IMG/VR virus record: IMGVR_UViG_3300011334_000212
Coordinates: 1-24,066 of that record
DNA length: 24,066 bases
From: a virus
Lineage: Duplodnaviria; Caudoviricetes
Strand: one strand, 5' to 3'
The notes beneath the pieces were generated by a model. That model did no database searches. It saw only the letters and a list, made by a program, of their open reading frames with translations, and was not told the origin of the DNA. Numbering within the stretch: the stretch's first letter is position 1; each line of letters starts with the position of its first letter. Below, piece after piece: positions 13,940-23,527 of this stretch. Both the position numbers and the translations under genes were made by a program.

Positions 13940-14488
13940 ATGAAAAGAAAGGTATCACTTGATCGTAGATACAAGAAGTCTGTATGGACAACTAACCAAA
14001 GGTTAGAAGCTGTCAGTACTTACTTGATGTTAGGATCAATGACAGAGACTGCCATTGTTACTGGTATTCCACTACCAACCTTAAAGACATGGAGATACCT
14101 AGAATGGTTTAAGGAGTATGCTCTTCAGCTTCAAAGTGAAGATGTTCAACAAATGGACTCTAATCTCAGGAGAGTTGTAGATAAATCACTTAAAGCAGTA
14201 GAGAATCGTTTAGACCTAGGAGATGCTCAGTTTAATCAAAAGACAGGGAAAATCACTCGTATTCCTGTTAAAGCACATGTAGCCTTAAAAATCACTACTG
14301 AACTCCTCAGTAAAAGAGAGAAAAACAAAGAGAGTCCTATGAAGGAACACCTAGAGAAGACTATTGATGACAGGCTACTTAAACTGTCAGAAGAGTTTGC
14401 TAGGTTTGCTAATACCAATAAAAAGGTATCAAAAGAACTTTTAGATGTTGATGTTGTAGCTACAGAAGTAACAACTAGTGTCAATTAA
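13940..14488 (+). CDS. terS: Terminase small subunit (N-terminal HTH)
   Basis: HTH-like GSMTETAIVTGIPLPTLKTW, helical C-terminus, overlaps the terL start. Confidence 0.75.
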   Translation: MKRKVSLDRRYKKSVWTTNQRLEAVSTYLMLGSMTETAIVTGIPLPTLKTWRYLEWFKEYALQLQSEDVQQMDSNLRRVVDKSLKAVENRLDLGDAQFNQKTGKITRIPVKAHVALKITTELLSKREKNKESPMKEHLEKTIDDRLLKLSEEFARFANTNKKVSKELLDVDVVATEVTTSVN

Positions 14489-16016
14489 ACCGAGTACATC
14501 TAAGCTCAACTCTTCAGTTATGGAAGGGTTTGTCAACTCTATCCTTAGAAAGAACTTTGATAAACCTGCTCCTACTCCAAATTTCCATAAAGAGATATGG
14601 GATTTTGTTACTAGTAGCAGCAAGCAAGTAGCCATAGCTGCACCTCGGTATCATGCCAAAAGTACTGCAGTAACTCATGCATATACCCTAGCTTCAGTTC
14701 TCTTTAGAGAGTCTAGGTACGTCCTTATAGTCTCAGATACTGTTACCCAAGCTGTTCAGTTCCTAGGAGACATTAAGAAAGAGATGCTAGACAACGAAGA
14801 CTTGAGGTCACTCTTCAGCATTAAAGATGGTCCATTCCCCAAAGATACGGAAGATGACTTGATTGTTGAATTAGAAGATGGACATACTTTTCGTATTCAA
14901 GCTAAAGGTTCTGAACAGAAACTTAGGGGTTTAAAGTGGGCTAATCTTCGTCCTGATCTCATCATTGGTGATGATATGGAAAACGATGAGATTGTTATGA
15001 ACAAGGACAGGCGTACCAAGTTCAAACGATGGTTTTATGGTGCTCTCATTCCTTGTGTTTCATCTACGGGTAAGATTAGGATTGTAGGAACTATCCTCCA
15101 CCTAGACAGTCTTTTAGAGAACTTAATGCCCAACTCTCAGTTAAGTTCTCATAGGGGTGTTAGGAGCCTTATTCAAGAAGACTTGAAGGAGTACTCTCTA
15201 AACGTATTGCCTTGGAGATCCATCAAATACCGTGCTCATACAGATGACTTTAAGACCCTCTTGTGGCCTGAAATGAAGTCTGCTGCAGAGTTTAAATTGC
15301 AGAAAGATGACTACGTTAGGCAGGGATTGGCTGATGTCTACTCCCAAGAAATGCTCAATATCCCTATGGATATAACCAGCACTTTCTTTAAAAAGCTTGA
15401 CTTTGTTCCTGTAAAGCCAGAAGATCGCAAAAAAAAACTGGTGTACTATGCCACCTGTGACTTGGCAGTATCCCAAGCACAAACAGCAGATTACTCTGCT
15501 TTTGTTGTAGGTGGCATGGATGATGAAGGAAGACTATACTGCATCCATGTTGTTAAAGAACGCATGGATGCCTTAGAAATTGTAGATACAATTTTAATGC
15601 TGCAAAAGATTTATAAGCCCGTACTCTTTGGAATCGAGCAGGGTACTATTCAGAAAGCTATTGGCCCATACTTAAATGAGGAAATGCTCAAGCGAGGAGA
15701 GTTTGTCAGTATTGTATTGTTAAAACCAAGCGGTGACAAACTTACTAGAGCTAGGAGTATTCAAGCTCGTATGAGAAGCGGAGCCTGTAAGTTTGATAAA
15801 GAAACTGATTGGTATCAGGACTTTGAAGATGAGCTACTCAGATTTCCTAGAGACAAACATGATGACCAAGTAGATGCTTGGGCTTACTTGGGCTTGATGC
15901 TTGATAGGATGTGGGAAGCTCCTTCTGAAAAAGAAATTGAGGAAGAAGAGTACGTGGCCTATTTAAAGGAAAACAACAAAACTGACTCAGGTCGTTCTGT
16001 TACTTGTGGGTACTAA
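14478..16016 (+). CDS. terL: Terminase large subunit
   Basis: Walker A APRYHAKST, Walker B LIIGDDME, coupling motif GTI, nuclease CDLA and HDDQVDA. Confidence 0.95.
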   Translation: MSIKPSTSKLNSSVMEGFVNSILRKNFDKPAPTPNFHKEIWDFVTSSSKQVAIAAPRYHAKSTAVTHAYTLASVLFRESRYVLIVSDTVTQAVQFLGDIKKEMLDNEDLRSLFSIKDGPFPKDTEDDLIVELEDGHTFRIQAKGSEQKLRGLKWANLRPDLIIGDDMENDEIVMNKDRRTKFKRWFYGALIPCVSSTGKIRIVGTILHLDSLLENLMPNSQLSSHRGVRSLIQEDLKEYSLNVLPWRSIKYRAHTDDFKTLLWPEMKSAAEFKLQKDDYVRQGLADVYSQEMLNIPMDITSTFFKKLDFVPVKPEDRKKKLVYYATCDLAVSQAQTADYSAFVVGGMDDEGRLYCIHVVKERMDALEIVDTILMLQKIYKPVLFGIEQGTIQKAIGPYLNEEMLKRGEFVSIVLLKPSGDKLTRARSIQARMRSGACKFDKETDWYQDFEDELLRFPRDKHDDQVDAWAYLGLMLDRMWEAPSEKEIEEEEYVAYLKENNKTDSGRSVTCGY

Positions 16017-16020
16017 AGAC

Positions 16021-18144
16021 ATGAAACTTAAAGATAAATTTAAAATTGAAGACCTCATGTATGAGGCCAATATTGCCGAGCTTTTAGGTAAAGAAGATCT
16101 TCAAACAATTGGCTATCAAATAGTTTCAGATTTTGATAATGATCTTTTATCCCGTACCCAATGGGAAAAACGAACAGAAGCTTCTTTAAAACTTGCTCTT
16201 CAAGTAGCTGAAACTAAAAATTTTCCTTGGCCTAATGCAAGCAATGTTAAGTTTCCCCTTATCACTATTGCTGCACTTCAGTACCATGCTCGTAGTTACC
16301 CTGTTTTAATTGACAGTGACTTGCCTGTAAAGTGCCGTGTTATTGGAGATGATAAAGATGGACTTCGTGCTCTTCGTGCTGCTCGTGTAGAGCAACACAT
16401 GAGCTACCAACTTCTTGAAGAAGATGAAGATTGGGAATCAGAAATGGACAAGGTTCTTATTACACAACCTATAGTAGGCTGTGCTTTTAAGAAAACCTAC
16501 TTTGATCCTATTCGTAAGCACAACATTTCTGAGAATGTTCTAGCTAAAGACTTGGTTGTTAACTATTGGACCAAAAGCCTAGAGACAGCTAGTCGTATTA
16601 CGCATGTGCTCCAGATGACCAAGAACGAAATCTATGAGCGAGTAGCTCGTGGATTGTGGCTAGAAATATCAGAAGACAAGCAACAACAATCTGCTTCTAT
16701 TCTTGCGGGTAGTGGCTTACAGAACCTACAAGACAAGATCCAAGGTTTAACTCCTCCTGAACCCAGCGACTCAAGCACTCCAATAGAAATTCTTGAACAG
16801 CACTGCCATATTGACTTTGATGATGATGGCTATGCAGAACCATATATAGTCTATGTTAGAAAAGACAACAAACAAGTAGCCCGAATTGTAGCTAGGTACA
16901 CCAAACCCGATGTTGAGTACAACAGTAAGGACGTAGTACTCAGTATTAAAGCAGAGCAGTACTTTACAAAGTACCCTTTTGTTCCTTCTCCTGATGGTGG
17001 ATTCTATGACTTAGGCTTTGGGGTTCTTCTTGGACCTCTTAACGAGTCTATCAACACAATTGTTAACCAATTGGTAGATGCAGGAACAATGTCAAATACG
17101 GCTGGAGGATTTCTTAGCCGTGGAGTCAAACTTAGAGGAGGAAGTAGTTCTTTTAACCCTATGGAATGGAAACCAGTAGACACTACTGGTGATGATTTGC
17201 GTAAAGGCATTGTTCCACTGCCAGTTAGGGAGCCTTCCCAAGTACTCTTTACCCTTTTAAACCTACTAATCAACTACGGGGAACGAATTGGAGGTTCAGT
17301 AGACATCCTAACTGGGCAAAACCCTGGTCAAAACACCCCTGCCGAGACTACTAGGACTATGGCAGAGCAGGGAATGAAGGTGTTTAACGGTATTTTTAAG
17401 AGAACACACCGTAGCTTAAAGCAAGAGTTTCGTAAACTGTACCGTCTTAACCAGATATTTGTTACTGATAACACCAAGTACTTTTCAAACGTAGAAAACC
17501 AAGGAGTTATATTGGCAACAGACTATAACGGCCCAGTTACAGACGTTATGCCTACTGCTGATCCTAGTGTTACGTCTGATTCACAGCGTATCCAACAGGC
17601 AATGGCTATTGCTCAACGAGTAAGCACTGCTCCCGGTCTTTACAACCGATATGAAGCAGAGTATGCATTTTTGAAAGCAATGAAAGTTACCAACATTGAC
17701 AAACTTCTTCCTGATCCTGCTGGTCCAAATGCCATACCTTCACAACCAGATCCCAAGCTCCAGATAGAACAGATGAAAGCTGAAACCAGAAAGGTTGAGG
17801 CAGAACTAGCCATGAAAATGGGGCTTCTTAAACTTATGGGTGAAGCAGAACTCAACCAAGCAAAGATTAAAAAGCTTGAAGCAGAAGCAGAATCAACCAA
17901 AATTGGTATTGCTACAGAAGGACAGAAGATACGTATCCAAGAAATCAACAGCCAAATTGGATTACAAAGAGAACGTAGAGAAGGTATTCTTAGTTCTATA
18001 GATACCATGAACAAGGTCTATTCGTATATGACGGAAGACCAAAAGAGGCAACAACCCTCCCAGATGCCACAAGAAACGTCAGAAATGACTAGTGTGGACA
18101 ACATGGGAGAGATGAAGCAAGCAGAGCAACAGCTATTACAGTAA
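16021..18144 (+). CDS. Portal protein (podovirus type, long C-terminal coiled coil)
   Basis: Follows terL; about 700 aa; PWPNAS, GCAFKKTYFD, NQLVDAG motifs; Q/E/K-rich C-terminus. Start ATG 16021 (alternative GTG 16006). Confidence 0.9.
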   Translation: MKLKDKFKIEDLMYEANIAELLGKEDLQTIGYQIVSDFDNDLLSRTQWEKRTEASLKLALQVAETKNFPWPNASNVKFPLITIAALQYHARSYPVLIDSDLPVKCRVIGDDKDGLRALRAARVEQHMSYQLLEEDEDWESEMDKVLITQPIVGCAFKKTYFDPIRKHNISENVLAKDLVVNYWTKSLETASRITHVLQMTKNEIYERVARGLWLEISEDKQQQSASILAGSGLQNLQDKIQGLTPPEPSDSSTPIEILEQHCHIDFDDDGYAEPYIVYVRKDNKQVARIVARYTKPDVEYNSKDVVLSIKAEQYFTKYPFVPSPDGGFYDLGFGVLLGPLNESINTIVNQLVDAGTMSNTAGGFLSRGVKLRGGSSSFNPMEWKPVDTTGDDLRKGIVPLPVREPSQVLFTLLNLLINYGERIGGSVDILTGQNPGQNTPAETTRTMAEQGMKVFNGIFKRTHRSLKQEFRKLYRLNQIFVTDNTKYFSNVENQGVILATDYNGPVTDVMPTADPSVTSDSQRIQQAMAIAQRVSTAPGLYNRYEAEYAFLKAMKVTNIDKLLPDPAGPNAIPSQPDPKLQIEQMKAETRKVEAELAMKMGLLKLMGEAELNQAKIKKLEAEAESTKIGIATEGQKIRIQEINSQIGLQRERREGILSSIDTMNKVYSYMTEDQKRQQPSQMPQETSEMTSVDNMGEMKQAEQQLLQ

Positions 18145-18160
18145 ATTTTAAGGAGTAAAA

Positions 18161-18376
18161 ATGCCTATTGAGTTAGTTACTTTAGAAAGTTTTGAAGAAT
18201 GGAAACATCATCCAGTTACTAAGCGGATTATGAAGATGTTAGTAGCAGACCGAGAAGCTATGAAAGAGGGTCTAATTAGCAATTCATATCAGGAAGAAAT
18301 GGAAGTAAAAGGTAGGTGTCGAGCCATTGCTAACATACTTAATATTGAGTATGAAGATCTGTTTGAAAACAAGTAA
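18161..18376 (+). CDS. Hypothetical protein between portal and GroES
   Basis: SD AAGGAG; 71 aa. Confidence 0.8.
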   Translation: MPIELVTLESFEEWKHHPVTKRIMKMLVADREAMKEGLISNSYQEEMEVKGRCRAIANILNIEYEDLFENK

Positions 18377-18387
18377 AAAGGAAGTTT

Positions 18388-18735
18388 ATGAGTAATGAGT
18401 CAGGAATCAACCCTTGTGGTTGGAGAGTTTTAATCAAACCTCAAGAAGTAAAAGATATTTCTAAGGGTGGTATTATTATTGCTACAGAAGTTTCTAAAGA
18501 ACGGGAACAAATGGGCAACACAACTGGCGTTGTAATCTCTATGGGAAAACAATGCTATGCTGACGAACCTGCACCCTGGTGTCAGGTTGGAGATAAAGTA
18601 ATTTTTGCAAAGTATGCTGGCTTGCTTTACTTAGGTAAAGATGGGAGTCAATATAGAATGGTCAACGACAAGGACATTACAGGCATCCTAGATACTGATG
18701 TGGACCTAGTTGATCCTTACCTTGCAAAACACTAA
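18388..18735 (+). CDS. groES: Co-chaperonin GroES (Cpn10)
   Basis: PCGWRVLI, mobile loop SKGGIII, GVVISMG, VGDKVIFAKYAG, NDKDITGI. Confidence 0.92.
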   Translation: MSNESGINPCGWRVLIKPQEVKDISKGGIIIATEVSKEREQMGNTTGVVISMGKQCYADEPAPWCQVGDKVIFAKYAGLLYLGKDGSQYRMVNDKDITGILDTDVDLVDPYLAKH

Positions 18736-18751
18736 AAGATAGGAGTAAGAT

Positions 18752-19582
18752 ATGGAAAATGAAGTTAGCCAAGAAATAGAACCTAAAGTTCTACAGGAAG
18801 CAGAATCCCAAGGATGGGTTCCAAAAGAGAAGTTTCGGGGCAATGAGCAAGATTGGGTTGATGCCAATACTTTTGTAAAGCGTGGTCGAGAGATTCTTCC
18901 TATTCTTCGTAAGAACAATGAGAACTTGATCAAAGACCTAAACAGCACAAAAGAACAACTTAAAGAGTTTCGTGAAGCTGCTGAAGAGTTTAAAAACTTT
19001 CAAAGAGAAAGCTATGAACGCAAGGCAAATGAATACGAAAGGCGTATTCAAGACATTAAAGATAGCCGTGCTCAAGCCATTACTGATGGTGATGGACAGA
19101 AAGTTAGTGCTTTAGATGATGCATTAGATGAAGCCAAGGAAAACTTTAAAGAGGCCAAACAAGCCGTTAAAGATGTAATTAGTACAAAAGAACCTGATCC
19201 AACACCAGCAACAGTTGACCCAAGTCTTCAAACTTGGCTTGACAACAACGCTTGGTTTGGTCAAGATCGACGTATGACGAGCATGGTTAATGGCATAGGA
19301 GAGAATCTCCGTATGGAATTTCCGGGTCTTAAAGGACAAGCCTTTCTTGACAAGTTAGATGAAGTTTTGGTAGAAGAGTTTCCAAATAAGTTTGGTACAA
19401 AGAAGCAAAGTTCTTCAGGAAATAGTCGTGTAGAGTCTGGTTCAGGTAGGCAAAGTCGAGCTAATGGCGGTAGTCATAGCTATGAAAACCTTCCTTCTGA
19501 TGCCAAAACTGCTTGTGATCGGTTTGTTAAGCAGAAGCTTATGACCCGAGAACAGTATGTACAGGACTTTGATTGGAACTGA
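18752..19582 (+). CDS. Probable capsid scaffolding protein
   Basis: Charged coiled coil, S/G-rich linker, short C-terminal helix-loop-helix (LPSDAK...MTREQY); position upstream of the capsid gene. Confidence 0.7.
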   Translation: MENEVSQEIEPKVLQEAESQGWVPKEKFRGNEQDWVDANTFVKRGREILPILRKNNENLIKDLNSTKEQLKEFREAAEEFKNFQRESYERKANEYERRIQDIKDSRAQAITDGDGQKVSALDDALDEAKENFKEAKQAVKDVISTKEPDPTPATVDPSLQTWLDNNAWFGQDRRMTSMVNGIGENLRMEFPGLKGQAFLDKLDEVLVEEFPNKFGTKKQSSSGNSRVESGSGRQSRANGGSHSYENLPSDAKTACDRFVKQKLMTREQYVQDFDWN

Positions 19583-19611
19583 TTTAATACCAACTTAACA
19601 GAGGAAACAAC

Positions 19612-20115
19612 ATGCCAGCAGCACTAACTTACCAAGAAAAAGTAGAGCGTATTAATGCTAAACTTTTAGAGAAACAAGAAGGATCATCCCCTGCCGTGGA
19701 TGGTGCAACTCGTAAACGTAGAAATGTATTTAATGGCACAGAAGCCAAATTAGGTGTAAGATCACAGATTCCTGGATACCATCTTCACATCTTCACAGAT
19801 GTTGGTAGTAGGGTCCAAGAAGCCATAGATAGTGGTTATGAGTTTGTCACCCCTACTGAAATTGGTGGTGTGAGTGAGAATGTAGTTAGTCGCAATGGCG
19901 ACCTTGGAGAAAGAATTAGGTATCTTGTAAACCCTCGTGCTGAAGGCACAGAGCAGTTTGGATACTTAATGAAAGTTCGGCAAGAATGGTTTGAGGAAGA
20001 TCAAGCTGAACTTCAAGCAAAGAACAATCGTATTGATTCTGCAATTCGTAAAGGCAAGATGGGTGGCGATAGTCCACAATTCTATGTCCCGAATGGTGGC
20101 ATCAAACTCACATGA
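19612..20115 (+). CDS. Hypothetical head-module protein
   Basis: SD GAGG; PGYHLH, GYEFV, YLMK motifs; position between scaffold and capsid. Confidence 0.7.
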   Translation: MPAALTYQEKVERINAKLLEKQEGSSPAVDGATRKRRNVFNGTEAKLGVRSQIPGYHLHIFTDVGSRVQEAIDSGYEFVTPTEIGGVSENVVSRNGDLGERIRYLVNPRAEGTEQFGYLMKVRQEWFEEDQAELQAKNNRIDSAIRKGKMGGDSPQFYVPNGGIKLT

Positions 20116-20136
20116 AATTTTATTTAGGAGTTTTAA

Positions 20137-20736
20137 ATGGCTAACGAAAATCGACCTTCTGGTCTAAAGCCCGTCAGCTACCTCAATGGAGCACCTTACA
20201 CAGGACAAGCTCGGTTGTATTCGGTAGCTTCTGGTAATGCTACGGCAATGTACATTGGTGATCCTGTTACCCTTAGTGGTACAGCAGATGCTAATGGTGT
20301 TGCAGGTATCTCAATTGGTGTTGCTGGATCAGCAATTATTGGTGTTGTAGTTGGTTTTCTAGTTGCTGTTCCCGGCGTAAGCTTGGTTGCTGCAACACTA
20401 GACCTAACTGTTCGTAGGATTCCAGCCAGTACTGCTGCTCAAGTCCTAGTAGCTGATGATCCAAACCTAATCTTTGAGATTCAAGATGGACAAACTGTAG
20501 CTACGGCTCTTGTTGACATTGGTCAAAACACAAACTTTCTTGTGGCTGCTGGTGCAACAACTGCTAGTGACTCAGGAACTACAACTGCTGCTACTCTTAC
20601 TGCTTCTACTACCGCTAACTTGAAGCTTATGGGGTTTGTACAACGGATTGATAACACTCCCGCTAGTGCCTACGCAAAGTTGCTAGTTAAGATTAACAAT
20701 CATGTCTATGCCAGTACTGGCACAGCAGGCATCTAA
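20137..20736 (+). CDS. Probable head decoration / minor capsid protein
   Basis: SD TAGGAG; A/G/T/V-rich; MAN...GLKP, IGDPV, DDPNLIFEIQ; directly upstream of the major capsid gene. Confidence 0.65.
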   Translation: MANENRPSGLKPVSYLNGAPYTGQARLYSVASGNATAMYIGDPVTLSGTADANGVAGISIGVAGSAIIGVVVGFLVAVPGVSLVAATLDLTVRRIPASTAAQVLVADDPNLIFEIQDGQTVATALVDIGQNTNFLVAAGATTASDSGTTTAATLTASTTANLKLMGFVQRIDNTPASAYAKLLVKINNHVYASTGTAGI

Positions 20737-20752
20737 TTAAGGAGAATAGATT

Positions 20753-21673
20753 ATGGCTGGAATTATTACAACCAGTTCCCACCCCAAAGCACTTTGGCCT
20801 GGAATCAAAGCTTGGTGGGGACAAATGTATGATGAGCATCCCGAAGAGTTTTGCGATATTTTTGATAAAGACACTTCTACTCAGAACTACGAAGAAGATG
20901 TCCAACTGACAGGATTTGGCCTTGTGCCAATCAAGTCAGAAGGCTCTGGTGTTCAGTATGACTCTGAAGTTCAAGGCTTTACAACTCGCTACACTCATGT
21001 TGCATATGCAATGGGGTACATCGTAACTAAAGAGGAAATGGACGACAATCTTTATGAGGTTGTTTCCAAAAAACGTGCGGCTGCACTTGCTATGTCTTTC
21101 CGTCAAACAAAAGAAAACATTGCTGCTAACGTCTACAATCGTGCATTTAATGCTACGTATCTTGGTGGGGATGGCAAATCACTTTGCGCTACAGATCACC
21201 CCAATACAACGGGTGGAACGTGGGCTAACAAGCCTACTTCAGATGCCGATTTGTCTGAGGCTTCTCTAGAAGACGCAGTTATTGCTGTTATGGGCACAAC
21301 TAATGATCGTGGACTATTGGTTTCTATCCAACCTAATAGCCTACACATTGCTCGTCAAGAAGTGTTTAATGCTCAACGCATCCTTAACTCTAGCTACCAA
21401 GTAGGTAACTCCAACAATGACATTAACGTCATTAAGTCTGGTAATTACATCCCTGGTGGCTTTAAGGTAAACCACTACTTTTCAAGTGCTCATGCTTGGT
21501 TTCTTCGGAACACAATTCCAGGGGGTACTGGCATGAAGTACTATGAGCGCCATGCAATTGCCTTTGACCAAGACAATGACTTTGATACCATGAACGCTAA
21601 AGCAAAAGGCTACGAACGCTATTCATTTGGCTGGTCTGATCCTCGTGCTATTTTTGGTGTAAATGGTCCGTAA
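20753..21673 (+). CDS. Major capsid protein (HK97 fold)
   Basis: KALWPG, KSEG, TKENIAANV, DGKSL...HP, AWFL, ERYSFGWSDPR; strong SD; followed by a terminator-like hairpin. Confidence 0.9.
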   Translation: MAGIITTSSHPKALWPGIKAWWGQMYDEHPEEFCDIFDKDTSTQNYEEDVQLTGFGLVPIKSEGSGVQYDSEVQGFTTRYTHVAYAMGYIVTKEEMDDNLYEVVSKKRAAALAMSFRQTKENIAANVYNRAFNATYLGGDGKSLCATDHPNTTGGTWANKPTSDADLSEASLEDAVIAVMGTTNDRGLLVSIQPNSLHIARQEVFNAQRILNSSYQVGNSNNDINVIKSGNYIPGGFKVNHYFSSAHAWFLRNTIPGGTGMKYYERHAIAFDQDNDFDTMNAKAKGYERYSFGWSDPRAIFGVNGP

Positions 21674-21687
21674 TTGTTCTTAGTAAC

Positions 21688-21716
21688 AACTCCTCTCTCA
21701 CAAGGAGAGGAGTTTT
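21688..21716 (+). terminator. Probable (leaky) terminator after the capsid gene
   Basis: AACTCCTCTC-TCACAAG-GAGAGGAGTT with a short U4 tail. Confidence 0.7.
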
Positions 21717-21730
21717 AAAAGGAGTACACT

Positions 21731-21817
21731 ATGAGCTATGAACGTGAAAAAGAAAAGGGCAAGCGCCCTGAACCTATGAAGAGATCACCTAGCAAATCTC
21801 CTCGTAAAAAATATTAG
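21731..21817 (+). CDS. 28-aa basic peptide (MSYEREKEKGKRPEPMKRSPSKSPRKKY)
   Basis: SD AAGGAG 6 nt before ATG; TAG at 21815-21817. Not in ORF track. Confidence 0.62.
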   Translation: MSYEREKEKGKRPEPMKRSPSKSPRKKY

Positions 21818-21897
21818 CACTTGTGCTACCCTGATGATGACGCTATCAGACTAGATAGTGTTGTTTGTTAACACTTATGTCAACTTAGGAGTTTAAA

Positions 21898-22884
21898 ATG
21901 GCTTTGCCCCAATCCCCCGCATCTAATTTCCCCGGTGGTTTTAATAACGTAACCATTCGTGGTGTTCCAATTACACAAACCCATCCCGGACAAGTCTACT
22001 GGCTATCTAACGCTTCTGCGACTCTTCTCCCTGGTCAAATAGGTGGTTCTGATGGTAATCCAGGAACTTTTAATGCTCCCTTTAAAACACTAGAGTACGC
22101 TATTACTCGTTGTACTGCTAATCGTGGTGACATTATTTGTATCAAACCAGGACATGCTGAAACAATAAGCAGTGCTACTGCTCTTATGTTTGATGTTGCT
22201 GGTGTAGCAATTGTTGGTTTGGGTTTGGGTACTAAGCGTCCTACTTTTACTTTGGACACTGCAGCAACAACTACCATTCCTGTATCTGCTGACAATATAT
22301 CAGTTCTTAATTGCCGTTTTATTGGCAACTTCTTGTCTATTACTTCATGCTTTACAGTAGCTGCTGCTGCCAACTTTACCATTGACAACTGCTCATTTAC
22401 TGATACAAGTGCTATCCTCGGTTTCTTGTCGGTAGTCAAAACTACAGTAAGTGTCAACTCTGACTTCTTGCAAGTATCTAATTGCTTTATTAAATCAGAT
22501 GCTACAACTAAGAGTGTTGCTCCCATTGTTGTGCTTAACACAATGACAGGTTTGACATTGACTGATAACCTAGTTGTTCAAACTGTTGCTCAAAACAACG
22601 TGTCTCAGTTCTTGAGTCATGCTGCACTTGTTATGACTGCTGCTTTGATTTCAGGTAATAAGGTATATAGCGTTAATACTGATAGTGCTACTGGTGCTTT
22701 CTTGGTTACTACTTCTGCTATTACTGGTTCAGGTATCATTCAAAACAACGTAGTTCGTGGTTTAGATGTTGCTGGTGCTTTGATGATTACCGCTGCGGCT
22801 GTTCAATATGGGTTGTTTAACAACCTTTATATTGGAGATGTTGGATTCTCTGGATTTGTACTTCCTGCTATTGGTACGGATTAA
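21898..22884 (+). CDS. Virion protein with right-handed parallel beta-helix (pectin-lyase-like fold), possible head fibre
   Basis: SDGNPGTFNAPFKTLEYAI cap motif, GDIICIKPG, repeated NC(R/S/F) and N-x-V turns; SD TAGGAG. Confidence 0.72.
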   Translation: MALPQSPASNFPGGFNNVTIRGVPITQTHPGQVYWLSNASATLLPGQIGGSDGNPGTFNAPFKTLEYAITRCTANRGDIICIKPGHAETISSATALMFDVAGVAIVGLGLGTKRPTFTLDTAATTTIPVSADNISVLNCRFIGNFLSITSCFTVAAAANFTIDNCSFTDTSAILGFLSVVKTTVSVNSDFLQVSNCFIKSDATTKSVAPIVVLNTMTGLTLTDNLVVQTVAQNNVSQFLSHAALVMTAALISGNKVYSVNTDSATGAFLVTTSAITGSGIIQNNVVRGLDVAGALMITAAAVQYGLFNNLYIGDVGFSGFVLPAIGTD

Positions 22885-22889
22885 TATAA

Positions 22890-22930
22890 ACAAAATTGTA
22901 AAAGAAGAGAAATCTTCTTTTACGTTTTGT
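22890..22930 (+). terminator. Stem-loop, probable terminator
   Basis: GTAAAAGAAGA-GAAA-TCTTCTTTTAC (GNRA loop) extended by ACAAAA/TTTTGT. Confidence 0.65.
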
Positions 22931-22965
22931 AAGTACTAGTCTAAAACTTTATTTAGGAGTCAAAC

Positions 22966-23331
22966 ATGAGTAACACTGTTTTTATTAAGAGTGGCGAACA
23001 ACCTCGTTACTTTGCTTTTGGTGGAGTAAACTCAACAACTATTGTTGCTGCTTCTTCTCCTATCTACAAAGAAAGCCCCTATGGTGCTTTCCAAGCTATT
23101 GTTACTGGTACTGGTGCTGTAACAGCAACCATTGAAATTCAAGTATCTAACCAACTTGATACCTTTAATGCAGTTAAAGCCAATTGGATAGTTATGGGAA
23201 CAATTACTTTAAGCGGTACTACAACAGCTACAGATGGGTTTACAACAGTTTGTCCTTGGAAATACGTAAGAGCTAATGTTTCTGTTGTTACAGGTACAAG
23301 TGCAACTGTTGAAATTATTATGGGTGTATAG
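22966..23331 (+). CDS. Hypothetical virion protein, beta-sandwich-like
   Basis: SD TAGGAG; T/G/V-rich; IEIQVSN and WKYVRANV strands. Confidence 0.72.
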   Translation: MSNTVFIKSGEQPRYFAFGGVNSTTIVAASSPIYKESPYGAFQAIVTGTGAVTATIEIQVSNQLDTFNAVKANWIVMGTITLSGTTTATDGFTTVCPWKYVRANVSVVTGTSATVEIIMGV

Positions 23332-23333
23332 TT

Positions 23334-23519
23334 ATGAGCGTTATTGCTGATAGCAAATATGGGGGGTTTGAAGAACCAAGACCACCTACTATTACACAGT
23401 ACGGTGTAGCTACAGATTTGTACGGAGTTACTTCTGATCCTTACATAGACTCTCTTTTGTTACTAGAAACAGAAGACCTACTACTACAAGAAAACAGTAG
23501 TAACATTTTGTTGAACTAA
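23334..23519 (+). CDS. Small virion-associated protein with C-terminal LLLE-x-LLLQE motif
   Basis: Tightly packed between neighbours; LLLETEDLLLQENSSNILL resembles a motif often seen beside phage fibre genes. Confidence 0.68.
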   Translation: MSVIADSKYGGFEEPRPPTITQYGVATDLYGVTSDPYIDSLLLLETEDLLLQENSSNILLN

Positions 23520-23527
23520 GGATACTT

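Noticed and set aside
21831-21870. CTGATGA followed by a stem, resembling a hammerhead ribozyme core
   Set aside because: The required GAAA after stem II is absent (TTGTTTG follows) and no stems I/III were found.
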